A stretch of 64,000 nucleotides of DNA from Actinomycetes bacterium (lineage in GTDB: Bacteria > Actinomycetota > Acidimicrobiia > Acidimicrobiales > JAMCPL01). The stretch lies in the NCBI GenBank assembly GCA_021846515.1, contig JAJZWU010000003.1, positions 27,266 through 91,265 on the forward strand, written 5' to 3'. The translations under genes and the position numbers were made by a program. Numbering within the stretch: the first letter of the stretch is position 1; every line of letters begins with the position of its first letter. Below the pieces are notes generated by a model, which saw nothing but the letters and a program-made list of their open reading frames with translations, was not told where the DNA came from and did no database searches. Below, in pieces: positions 42,126 to 51,405 of the stretch.

Positions 42126-42887
42126 TTACCACTCGGTAGTAGATGTCGATGGGATCTCGCCTCTTATGCCATTTACCATCTCGCCAACCCGTCCTATGGC
42201 GGTTACCAGTGGCGGCAGAATCACCGGGCTGTCACCCGGATCCACCCCTGTAAGGTGTTCGAGATAACCGCTCACAATGCCCTTCCCCGCCCAAGCCTGC
42301 GATTCCGCCCAGCAGTCTACCAGCTCCAGACCTGACTGCCAGACAAGGCTGGGCAATAGGGAGCCTATATCAGGATGGAGTGCGCCTTCCATGGAAAATG
42401 CGGTATCATCTATCCTTCCTGCTGAGGTGATTGGCTCCTGGATGACGACAAACCCTCCTGGTTTTGTTGCTGCTGCCATCCGGCGAATTACTGTTGCCGG
42501 GTCATTGACATGCATAAGCAGGAAGCGACAGAAAGCCAAATCTACCGGCTCTGGGAGCAACAGATCCTCTGCTGCTTGAGTAATGGCCACTACCTGGCTG
42601 AATTCTGCCGCTCGCGAAGCTACCCCGTCTCTTGCCAGCGGATCAATGTCTACTGAGTATATGCGTCCGGTCCTGCCAACAATTTGTGCCAACGCTACAG
42701 ACACATCACCGTTGCCTGCTCCCACATCTACGCACCGCCATCCACTTGATACCCCCAGGCGGCTAAGTGCTGTCTCCAGCGGACGACGATAGACGTCGTT
42801 TCTCAGCAGTCCATTTTCTACTTCCGGCATCTGCTGCCCATTAGTGTTCCCGGGCACATGCCGGTTGGTAGATTTGTTCAGCCCCAC
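42126..42887 (-). CDS. Class I SAM-dependent methyltransferase
   Basis: 253 codons. Motif I: RCVDVGAGNGDVS. Confidence 0.75.
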   Translation of the reverse strand: MGLNKSTNRHVPGNTNGQQMPEVENGLLRNDVYRRPLETALSRLGVSSGWRCVDVGAGNGDVSVALAQIVGRTGRIYSVDIDPLARDGVASRAAEFSQVVAITQAAEDLLLPEPVDLAFCRFLLMHVNDPATVIRRMAAATKPGGFVVIQEPITSAGRIDDTAFSMEGALHPDIGSLLPSLVWQSGLELVDCWAESQAWAGKGIVSGYLEHLTGVDPGDSPVILPPLVTAIGRVGEMVNGIRGEIPSTSTTEW

Positions 42888-43390
42888 ACTCCATCGCCAT
42901 AGGGTCTCTTGCGTGGTGGTAATGCTTCTCGTTTCCAGACCATTACCTTTCTGCGAAAATAGCAGACCTCTTCGCCGCGCTGGTTGAATGCCTTGGTTTC
43001 TACTGCCACTATTCCCCTGTCGTTCTTGGATTTTGACTCGACCTTGTCGAGTACTCTGGTTTCCGCGTAGATAGTATCACCGTGAAAGGTAGGGTATCTG
43101 TGGATGAGCGACTCCACTTCCAGGTTGGCTATGGCAGCTCCGGACACATCCGGAACGCTCATTCCGAGAGCCAGAGAATATACCAGGTTTCCTACGACGA
43201 CATTGCGCTTATGCACAGTCTCTCCCTCTGCAAACCATTCATTGGTATGCAATGGGTGGTGATTCATTGTGATCATGCAAAACAAATGATCATCATATTC
43301 TGTGATAGTTTTTCCCGGCCAGTGCCTGTAAACGTCGCCCGGTTCAAAGTCCTCGTAGCAGCGCCCAAAGGGGCGTTCATACATAGTCAT
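42878..43390 (-). CDS. MaoC-family (R)-specific enoyl-CoA hydratase/dehydratase
   Basis: 170 codons. YEDFEPGDVYRHWPGKTITEYDDHLFCMITMNHHPLHTNEWFA (hot-dog fold, MaoC pattern). Confidence 0.8.
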   Translation of the reverse strand: MTMYERPFGRCYEDFEPGDVYRHWPGKTITEYDDHLFCMITMNHHPLHTNEWFAEGETVHKRNVVVGNLVYSLALGMSVPDVSGAAIANLEVESLIHRYPTFHGDTIYAETRVLDKVESKSKNDRGIVAVETKAFNQRGEEVCYFRRKVMVWKREALPPRKRPYGDGVWG

Positions 43391-43823
43391 TGTTTATGTC
43401 CTCCGTAACAGGTCTGGTAGTGAATGCCAGTACCCAATTTTCTTCCGATTGACCATCTATTATCAATCTCCAAGCATAGCGGGAACCGGGCTGGAGTGGC
43501 AAGGGGCCAAAATTTACTGCCAAAGCAACATCTATTGGGCTGCCTTCCGGAATATCGGGGGGGCGCATAACGGTAAAGTCGCCGCGCACCTCTATGGGCT
43601 GTACCCCTTCCGGGGTATCTACATGCACCGGCTGGCCGTCTGCATCCTCCAGTGCTAGTTCCCAGTGGTGCATGATATCCACCTCATGCCACTCAACATC
43701 TATTTTCAGGGCAACGGCACTTGGCGAAGGATCAGGGCCGACAAGCGACCAACCACCGCCGAGTATATATAATTTTCCATCTGCCACTTGGGCAGCGTCA
43801 CATAATAGCATCGTAGCTTTCAT
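43377..43823 (-). CDS. Conserved-looking hypothetical protein
   Basis: 148 codons. 14-nt overlap with the maoC start. No motif recognised with confidence. Confidence 0.5.
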   Translation of the reverse strand: MKATMLLCDAAQVADGKLYILGGGWSLVGPDPSPSAVALKIDVEWHEVDIMHHWELALEDADGQPVHVDTPEGVQPIEVRGDFTVMRPPDIPEGSPIDVALAVNFGPLPLQPGSRYAWRLIIDGQSEENWVLAFTTRPVTEDINNDYV

Positions 43824-43951
43824 TACATAGACAGTATCAGAATTGACAGGGGTTGAATCACCATGCTCAACCTCTCCCTACTACGGTGTCATTAAACGGG
43901 GTTGAGTATCAGGGTTGAACCACCGCACCTAACTTTTCTACTGCAGTGTTA

Positions 43952-45151
43952 TTAGACTGGATTGAGTGTCATAGTGAACGGAGATGAGTAATTTGCCGGA
44001 AAAGAGAGTGACTTACCGGCTATGGTTACAACCATTTGGAATGCCGCTCCAAGTTCAATTGAGATAGGCCCACTGGCACCGATGGATTGAGGTTGTCCTG
44101 GATAGGTCATCCCAGTCCACAGTACGTTACCTGTATCCAGTGATTTTGCCATAACCCAACACTTCTCTCCGGGACTGAGCGTGACGGTGTAATTCCCCGG
44201 TGGGGCGGGATATGCTCCGGTGAACGTTGAATATGAAGTAGGTTGGATGTTCCCTGAGGTATTGCTCTGGCTGTATGGATTGGTGTTGGAGGTGGGGCTT
44301 GTCTTGGTTGTTTGTTTTGTGGATCTGAGCTTGCTGGCTATTTTACTGGGTACTGTATTTGTGGTCTTGCCCGCTTGAGGGCGGCTGCTCGACTTGGTTG
44401 TGGGGTTGTTCCGTACGGTTACTCTCTGCCGGCTGGTTGGCGTTTGGTTTCGTGCGATTGACACTGATTTTGGTTTGCCCTTGGTCTGTCCTCCAAATGA
44501 GATCAACGTAAGTACCAAACCAAGTATAACTACTATAGATACCAGCATGGCTATGATCTTTTTTTGACCTGGGCTGAAAGCCAAATTGCGTGAGGTATTT
44601 ATTCTGGGTTCTGATCCGGGGGCATCTACCAATGATTCGTCGTCGATAAATAGCATGTCGCGGTTGGGCTCGTCTTGGTGCTCATGGTTGCTTTGACGTG
44701 TAGGCTGCTCTCGATAGCCCTCTGCCGTCTGTTCACGGTTGAGACTACTGATGAATCTCTTGCGAGCTTCTTCGGCCTGTGCCTCCAGGTCCTCCTCCCT
44801 TGATGTATGACTGCTCTCAGGTAAACGTCCCAGTATCCTGATACTTGACGGCGGCTCAGGAATTGCCGATGACAGTCGAGAGGCAGTATGTGGGGGTGTG
44901 TCAGGTACCTGGAGTGTCGGTGGAGTGGTGGATGGGGGCACAGCAGGCGACTCAGGTGAAGATGCTGATTCGCGCTTATGGGCACCTGCATTATTTTGAT
45001 GGGTCTTGCTATTCTCAGGGTGGTTTTGCAGCACCTCCATGGCATGGTGATACCGTTCTACGGAATTACGTTCGCTGGCAGCCCTTTTCAATGCGTAACG
45101 TGCAGCCAATGCTCCAGCTCCGACGACTACTATTATTAAAACTACTACCAT
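43952..45151 (-). CDS. Membrane-anchored low-complexity protein with RodZ_C (DUF4115)-like C-terminal beta domain
   Basis: N-terminal TM MVVVLIIVVVGAGALAA and a second TM KIIAMLVSIVVILGLVLTLISF. The C-terminus YTVTLSPGEKCWVMAKSLDTGNVLWTGMTYPGQPQSI resembles the RodZ C-terminal domain; this is a weak call. Confidence 0.45.
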   Translation of the reverse strand: MVVVLIIVVVGAGALAARYALKRAASERNSVERYHHAMEVLQNHPENSKTHQNNAGAHKRESASSPESPAVPPSTTPPTLQVPDTPPHTASRLSSAIPEPPSSIRILGRLPESSHTSREEDLEAQAEEARKRFISSLNREQTAEGYREQPTRQSNHEHQDEPNRDMLFIDDESLVDAPGSEPRINTSRNLAFSPGQKKIIAMLVSIVVILGLVLTLISFGGQTKGKPKSVSIARNQTPTSRQRVTVRNNPTTKSSSRPQAGKTTNTVPSKIASKLRSTKQTTKTSPTSNTNPYSQSNTSGNIQPTSYSTFTGAYPAPPGNYTVTLSPGEKCWVMAKSLDTGNVLWTGMTYPGQPQSIGASGPISIELGAAFQMVVTIAGKSLSFPANYSSPFTMTLNPV

Positions 45152-45425
45152 ACATTCTATTGAACTACTAATATGTGGGCCAGTGTTCGCGCTTTAGCGT
45201 GTTGTGGTCATTTACAGGACTTTGTCGCAGATCAGCCTGGCTGAAATACGGTAGTACCTGATTGTCCATTGGCGGGAACTGGCGGCTGGGCGATGGCCGG
45301 GGCAGGGCAGCTGGATGATGACCGCTATGTCCGTGGCGAATGTGGTCAAACCCAAAGTAGGAAGCTGGCGGTCGGGTGATCAATCGGGTGGCGGTCGGGT
45401 GGTAGATCAACTAGTATGTCTCCTT

Positions 45426-45965
45426 ATGGCAGAGATTACACCATCGGATCAGATAACAGGCGTTGCAATAGTCAAACCTGACGTTCATGCGGACGATAGG
45501 GGGAAGTTTGTGGAGACCTACAGGAGGTCTTGGTTTCCGGAAGGGCGTGAGATGTTACAGGGCAACAGGGCGGAGAGGTCGGCCGGATGTGTAGTGGGTC
45601 TACATTACCACCTGAAGCAGGCTGATTACTGGTATTTATTGAGAGGGAAGGCCAGGGTGGTGCTTCATGACTTCAGGAAGGGATCTCCAACGGTTGGAGC
45701 CACAATGACTTATGATCTTAGCGAAGATAAGGATACCGGCATATATATACCTCCGGGGGTTGCCCACGGGTTCAGCTCGTTGACCGATATGCTACTTACC
45801 TATCTGGTGGATGGTTACTATAACGGCTCGGACGAACTCGGGATACTCTGGAATGATGAGGATGTTTCAGCGGACTGGGGGATTGGTGACCCTATAGTCT
45901 CGAAACGAGATGCCACCAATCCGAGGAGATCAGAGATCCCGGATTATCTGGTACCCCGGTACTGA
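45426..45965 (+). CDS. rfbC: dTDP-4-dehydrorhamnose 3,5-epimerase
   Basis: DDRGKFVETYRR, GLHYH and GVAHGF cupin motifs. The start is taken at ATG 45426 (179 aa). Confidence 0.85.
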   Translation: MAEITPSDQITGVAIVKPDVHADDRGKFVETYRRSWFPEGREMLQGNRAERSAGCVVGLHYHLKQADYWYLLRGKARVVLHDFRKGSPTVGATMTYDLSEDKDTGIYIPPGVAHGFSSLTDMLLTYLVDGYYNGSDELGILWNDEDVSADWGIGDPIVSKRDATNPRRSEIPDYLVPRY

Positions 45966-46128
45966 GCAAAACTTAGAACGTGACCTATTCAAAATATTAA
46001 TTCTCTAGGAGCGTGTTCCAGAACTCCAAAAATGCCATCCCACGCCCCTAGATGTTATGGTCACATTTCCAATCACCCGCAATATATTGTAGTAAGATTA
46101 TATCGTAACATGGTTCTGGGGCACACTC

Positions 46129-48477
46129 CTAGGCTTTATCCTGTACGGAATCGATGATAAAAGCCAGTATATGCGCTTCTTCATCCCATGCTGCGTAACG
46201 TCCGCTGGGTCCCATGTGCCCGCCGTCCATGTTCGCCATCAGTAGTATCCGGCTTTCGGGACTCGCCTTCCTCAGTTTTTGAACCCACTTAAGTGGCTCG
46301 AAATATCCGACTCTTGGATCTGACATTCCGCAGGTTGCAAGTATGTCTGGGTATTTTACTCCCTGGCGAATGTTGTCATATGGTGAGTAGCTCTTCATTA
46401 AGGCGTAGTCATCCGGACTTTTCAGCGGGTTGCCCCATTCTTCCCACTCGGTGACAGTAAGAGGCAGGCTTGGATCCATCATCGTAGTGAGGCAGTCTAC
46501 AAACGGGACTTCTGCAACGATTGCCCTGAACAGTTCCGGCGCCATATTTGCAACCGCCCCCATCAACATCCCCCCAGCTGATCCACCCCGTGCTACCAAT
46601 CTTTCTGGAGATGTCCATTGATTGTTTACAAGATAATTGGCACAGGCAATGAAATCATGAAAAGTATTTGGCTTTGAAGCCAACTTCCCATTCTCGTACC
46701 ACGATCTACCCATCTCACCGCCACCTCGGACATGAGCTATTGCAAAGACGAACCCACGCTCCAGTAGAGACAGTCGGGCTGCTGAAAACGCTGGGTCTAT
46801 GCTGTATTCGTATGCTCCGTATCCATACAGCAGGCATGGCGCTTTACCGTCCCTGGCTGTATCGCGAGAGTAGGCAATAGAAATTGGTACCAGTGTACCG
46901 TCGTATGATCTTGCCTCAAGGTGCATTGTGGCATAGGCAGACTCATCGTAGCCGCTTGGAATGTATTGGCGCTTTCGCAGGATGGGAATTGCAGACTTCA
47001 AATCCAGATCGTAAGTGCTTTTTGGCGAAATCAGCGACGTGGTTTCATACCTCAAGTACGGTGACCCCATGCAATAGTTGGCGCCTATATAGCACGTAGA
47101 GGGTGCTGGAGGTTGCTCAATGGAATATACATTGCTTGTATCACTCAAATTGATGACCTGCACCTGAGAAATTGCATCCTTACGTATCTGGATTGCCAGG
47201 AAATCATTGAATATATCCATATCCTCTATGCGTCTCCCAGGCTTATACTCTACCAACTCTCTTTGATCCGTGGATCCATCTGTAGACCGTTGCTCGTTTA
47301 TAGATACAATACGGAAGTCTGGCGCCGATTCGTTGGTAAGCAGGATGAAGGTGTCATTGTGATGCTCGACGGAATACTCTATCCCTTCTGATCTGGGCTG
47401 TATTATTAGAAGGTTCTCCGATGGTATGGTTTCGATCCGGCCGGTCTCCGCATGGTGGGTATGATCATTGGAACCATGGTTTAACGGTAGCGCCAGCGTC
47501 TCTGAAGTGGTCTTGGATCTGGCATCGATAAGCATGTAGCAGTCGTCCCTGGTGGCGGATATGCTCAGGGAAAAGCGTTCGTCGCGCTCTTCGTATACTA
47601 GTTTGTCTTCCGATCCATCTGATGTCAGGCTGTTTGCAGATGTTGCAGCTATCATCCTTCCAGGATATATCTTGTGGCACCATACCTGATAAGGTCTATC
47701 CTGGTTATCTGCTTTCACGTAGTAGATTAGGTCGTCAGAATCAAAGACGATTCCATAAGAGACATCCCCAATCGAGCATAGTCTCTCTCTCTGTATCCCG
47801 TCTCTGATGATTATGTTCTCTACGTAGAGAGTAAAATGCTCGTTTCCCGTGGTATCTACAGAATAGGCCATGAGATTTCCTGTCCGGCTCAGTTCCAGGT
47901 TGCCTACGGCCATATAAGTGTGGCCTTCAGCAAGCTGGTTCTCATCAAGAAGTATTATCTCGTTGCATGATTTTTCATCTGGAACAACTGCTGGCGGTTC
48001 GTAACCGTGCAATGAACGGGGGGGAGTGGGTGCGGGGACGGCTGGTATGACGGAGGTGTGGAGTGTAGCGGACAGAGAGAGTGTGGATGTGGACGGAGCG
48101 GAGGGTACGGGGGACGGTATGGATAGAGGAAGCGTGGGTGCAGTGGGAGTGGGTTGCACGGTAGAGGGGATTGCACAATGTACCGGGTAAGATTTCCCCT
48201 CGTATGTCCTCTTGAAATACCACCAGTTGCCCATAAGGACGGGGACGGAACAATCCGTTTCAGGGGTTCTCCCCGCGATTTCGTCGTACAGCTTCTTCTG
48301 TAGACCTGCAAGGGGTGTGAATACCGATCGCGTATAGGAACTCTCGGCTTCCAGTAAGCCAATTACTTTGGGGTTTGTGGATTCTCTAAGCCAATACCAG
48401 TCATCTGTGCGAATGTCCCCGTGCGCCTTTATGGCAAACGGTTTAGCCGGCGCAACGGGAGGTGAGGGACGGTACAA
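46129..48477 (-). CDS. ptrB: Oligopeptidase B (S9A prolyl oligopeptidase family) with a Pro/Ser/Thr-rich insertion near the N-terminus
   Basis: DDWYWLRE N-terminal motif and RGGSAGGMLMGA (catalytic Ser). The C-terminal catalytic-domain pattern includes GGHMG. Confidence 0.85.
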   Translation of the reverse strand: MYRPSPPVAPAKPFAIKAHGDIRTDDWYWLRESTNPKVIGLLEAESSYTRSVFTPLAGLQKKLYDEIAGRTPETDCSVPVLMGNWWYFKRTYEGKSYPVHCAIPSTVQPTPTAPTLPLSIPSPVPSAPSTSTLSLSATLHTSVIPAVPAPTPPRSLHGYEPPAVVPDEKSCNEIILLDENQLAEGHTYMAVGNLELSRTGNLMAYSVDTTGNEHFTLYVENIIIRDGIQRERLCSIGDVSYGIVFDSDDLIYYVKADNQDRPYQVWCHKIYPGRMIAATSANSLTSDGSEDKLVYEERDERFSLSISATRDDCYMLIDARSKTTSETLALPLNHGSNDHTHHAETGRIETIPSENLLIIQPRSEGIEYSVEHHNDTFILLTNESAPDFRIVSINEQRSTDGSTDQRELVEYKPGRRIEDMDIFNDFLAIQIRKDAISQVQVINLSDTSNVYSIEQPPAPSTCYIGANYCMGSPYLRYETTSLISPKSTYDLDLKSAIPILRKRQYIPSGYDESAYATMHLEARSYDGTLVPISIAYSRDTARDGKAPCLLYGYGAYEYSIDPAFSAARLSLLERGFVFAIAHVRGGGEMGRSWYENGKLASKPNTFHDFIACANYLVNNQWTSPERLVARGGSAGGMLMGAVANMAPELFRAIVAEVPFVDCLTTMMDPSLPLTVTEWEEWGNPLKSPDDYALMKSYSPYDNIRQGVKYPDILATCGMSDPRVGYFEPLKWVQKLRKASPESRILLMANMDGGHMGPSGRYAAWDEEAHILAFIIDSVQDKA

Positions 48478-48562
48478 TGGACTTGCCTACAATAGGGTGC
48501 AGCTTAATTGCATGGTATACAAAGATTGGCAGCTTCTGGTTGGTGGTTTATAACTCAGCAGC

Positions 48563-50218
48563 TTATAGCTTAAAGAACCGGGAAGCCTTTTTATGCTTTT
48601 GCCCAAGTACTATGTCCTCCGATATGGGGGCTTCCTTGTGTTCCTCTTCTGCCGGTTCCACTGGAGATGCCTCCTGTATTTGTTTTGCCATGTTAAAAGC
48701 ATCCGAATCATCCGCACCGGCCGGTCGGCCAGTCAATTCAGCCAGCATTGGTTCCGGTATTTCGAATCCCATTGCAGGAGGCGGCATACCGGGGGTGACC
48801 GGCAATGGCTGTAGTATAGTTGGCTTTTCTATTTTGGGAAGTGACTCCACGATTGACTTTGGTGTCGCTTCCTCTCTGGCGGGTGTTTCGGGAGGAGCTT
48901 CCGGTATGGGGAGATGAGTAGGTAGAGGCATCATGGTAGGTGGAGCGCTTAAATGTGGCATTTGAGACAACCCCTGAGTAGTCGGAGCCGGTGTTTGCGG
49001 CATGGCAGCATATGGCGCCTGTTGGCGCGGTGGCTCTGCAAGGATAGATGCCGGACTGACCTGGAACCCAGGTTGCGGCGTAGGCACTGTTGCCGGTGGC
49101 TCCGGCGATTTTGTGGGAACAGGCGCAGGAGAAGGAGCCATACCGGTAGGAGCAGCCGAAAACTCTTTTCCAAGTAACGCATCGAGCTGTGCATCCCCGG
49201 CTATTTGAGGCGCCGGTTGTATCGTAGCACTTGGCAAAGTACTTGTTGCCATACCTAAGCTATGCCCAGTCGCCAACCCTGAATCACTGAATTCAGCTGC
49301 CAATATGGCGTCGAGTACGTCATCTGAACCCCCGTCAACGATATTTACTGGTTCTGCAGGCTTGACGGCAGTGGTTGATGGTTTGGTGGGTACATCTTCT
49401 GGCAATGATGTGGAAGCTGGTGTGCTCGGCATGGCGGGCGGAGCGGGAGGCGGTGTTACTCCGGCCTTTGGAGCAGCTGTTTGTGATGGAATTGGTTTAC
49501 TTGGTACCGGTGCCGACGGCATACCACCTGTGGCGGGCGGTACCGGTGGGGTCGCTGGTATGGCCGTGCTTATTCCATCTGCATCTGCGGCTTGGACTGC
49601 AAGCGGGGGAACAAAAAACAGAGGTTCAGGGACTTCCGTAGGAGAACTTGGCATACCTGCTTTCGGAGGCGCTATCTGTTGTGGTGCACTTGGTGGTGTA
49701 GGTGGTGCAGCAGGCATACCATGGCCGGGAGGAGGAGCTGAAGGTGCTTGTGACATGAAAGGGTTTTGAGATGCTCCGCCCAAGGGTGCTCCGGGCACAG
49801 GGATGTCTATGGGTGTGGAGATAGGTTGCTTTGGCGCAGGAGGAGGCTGTAGCGCTGAAAGGCCAGTTTGAGGAGCAGTAGGAGCCAGCCGGGGAGCCGG
49901 GGTAGGCGTTCCAGATTGTTGTGGTATCGGCGGAGGTAGAGTCTGAGGAGCCGAGCCAGCTTCTGCAAGGGCGGGAAGAGCGCTTTTTATAATTGAACCC
50001 AGATCGTCAATTGAACGCGCCAGAGCTGTTTGGCTTTGTTGTACTTGAGTCAGTCTATCTAATACCTCATGCCATAATTCAGCAGATGAGATGGCCATAG
50101 ACTTGACCAACTCAGAAGGCGTTGACTGTTGATCGGCTGTTCCACTCTGGTATGACCTGTCTGCCATGTCCTCTCCTGCTTTTCTCTGCTTATGTTGTAC
50201 TGCTTTATACGGTAGCAT
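48563..50218 (-). CDS. Proline-rich low-complexity protein (unknown function)
   Basis: 551-codon ORF. Short helical N-terminus (SAELWHEVLDRLTQVQQSQTALARSIDDL), then approx. 450 aa of P/A/T-rich sequence. An alternative start is ATG 50167. Confidence 0.5.
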   Translation of the reverse strand: MLPYKAVQHKQRKAGEDMADRSYQSGTADQQSTPSELVKSMAISSAELWHEVLDRLTQVQQSQTALARSIDDLGSIIKSALPALAEAGSAPQTLPPPIPQQSGTPTPAPRLAPTAPQTGLSALQPPPAPKQPISTPIDIPVPGAPLGGASQNPFMSQAPSAPPPGHGMPAAPPTPPSAPQQIAPPKAGMPSSPTEVPEPLFFVPPLAVQAADADGISTAIPATPPVPPATGGMPSAPVPSKPIPSQTAAPKAGVTPPPAPPAMPSTPASTSLPEDVPTKPSTTAVKPAEPVNIVDGGSDDVLDAILAAEFSDSGLATGHSLGMATSTLPSATIQPAPQIAGDAQLDALLGKEFSAAPTGMAPSPAPVPTKSPEPPATVPTPQPGFQVSPASILAEPPRQQAPYAAMPQTPAPTTQGLSQMPHLSAPPTMMPLPTHLPIPEAPPETPAREEATPKSIVESLPKIEKPTILQPLPVTPGMPPPAMGFEIPEPMLAELTGRPAGADDSDAFNMAKQIQEASPVEPAEEEHKEAPISEDIVLGQKHKKASRFFKL

Positions 50219-50532
50219 AATTGATAGATAAACAAGCCTTATCTGCTACCATCCAGCACGTCCAATCTTATTCTTAACGAATCTCCAACATCATGCCTAT
50301 GCCGAGAAGCGCCAATCTTACGACATCTAGGCTCAATGTGAACGCAATAACGTATTATAGCGGCTTTATAAGTGGATGTCGAGTATTGATGGTAATATTA
50401 GTGGATAATTTTGGCGCTAATAGCAGTCTCTAGCAATTTAGCTAACTGTGAGGATGCAGCATACTATAGCCATTGGCGCCATCTGGGTTATTCACGATGC
50501 CATTAAGTTGATTTTGAACTATAATTGGTAAT

Positions 50533-51372
50533 ATGACCGAAACAGGGGTGGATGTTCGTAGCGTAGTCGTTGTAGATGACCATGCCGTACTGCGCGCCGG
50601 TACACGCCAAATATTGGAGCAAAGCGAGAAGTTGCATGTTATCGGTGAAGCTGGAACCGTACGGGAGGCAATGGATGTAGTAGAATCTCTACATCCTGAT
50701 GTAGTGCTAATGGATATTAGACTTCCTGATGGCAATGGCCTTGAAGCGGCCAGGCAGGTAATGACGAAAAACCGCGATGTCAAGATTGTAGTTTTGAGCG
50801 CATATGATGATGACGACTACATTCAAAGTGCTCTATCTATCGGGGTATCAGGATTTTTACTCAAGACTGTCAGGTCGGAAGAATTGATCAACGCAGTACT
50901 GTCTGCCGCTGATGGAATGGTGGTTCTGGATCCGAATATATTGAAACGGCTACGTCAAGAGGAGAAGTCCAAGCAAGTCAACCATACCGCCGAGATAGCC
51001 AGTGCAATGCCTGCTGCAGGAGCTCATTCGGTAGAGACACTAGACGATCAATTGGAGCAACACGGTAACCAGATCTTTTCTGGATCATACGCAGATGAAC
51101 TGGGGGGAGGGTCAGGAGATGAATCTGGCCGGGAGAGTAGCGGCCTTTTGTCCGACCGTGAAATTGGCGTTATCAAGCTGGTGGGTATTGGTCTTTCCAA
51201 TAAGTCAATTGCATCGCAGCTCTATATAAGTGTAAGGACGGTAGAAGGGCATCTGGGTAGAATTTTTACAAAGCTTGGTTTGCATTCAAGGACAGAGCTA
51301 ATCCATTATGCATATAGTAGTGGGATGATCTCAGCTGAGGTAAAGCCGCAAGATGGCGCATCTTTGGAATAA
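50533..51372 (+). CDS. Response regulator, NarL/LuxR family, with an unusually long REC-HTH linker
   Basis: VVVVDDHAVLRAG...VVLMDIRLPDGNGLEA (REC domain). LSDREIGVIKLVGIGLSNKSIASQLYISVRTVEGHLGRIFTKLG (LuxR HTH). Confidence 0.85.
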   Translation: MTETGVDVRSVVVVDDHAVLRAGTRQILEQSEKLHVIGEAGTVREAMDVVESLHPDVVLMDIRLPDGNGLEAARQVMTKNRDVKIVVLSAYDDDDYIQSALSIGVSGFLLKTVRSEELINAVLSAADGMVVLDPNILKRLRQEEKSKQVNHTAEIASAMPAAGAHSVETLDDQLEQHGNQIFSGSYADELGGGSGDESGRESSGLLSDREIGVIKLVGIGLSNKSIASQLYISVRTVEGHLGRIFTKLGLHSRTELIHYAYSSGMISAEVKPQDGASLE

Positions 51373-51405
51373 TCATGCTGGAGATTGTAGGTCATAGAGC
51401 AGAAG

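Noticed and set aside
48949-49769. Multiple plus- and minus-strand ORFs inside the Pro-rich gene (e.g. 49305-49769, 154 aa, Gly-rich)
   Set aside because: All frames are open because of the CCN/GGN composition. Only the 551-aa frame has a non-repetitive N-terminus and C-terminus.
50371-50406. AGTGGAT direct repeat (50371 and 50400) upstream of the response regulator: autoregulatory site?
   Set aside because: It is only a 7-9-nt match occurring twice in an AT-rich spacer, which is not distinguishable from chance without a known binding motif.
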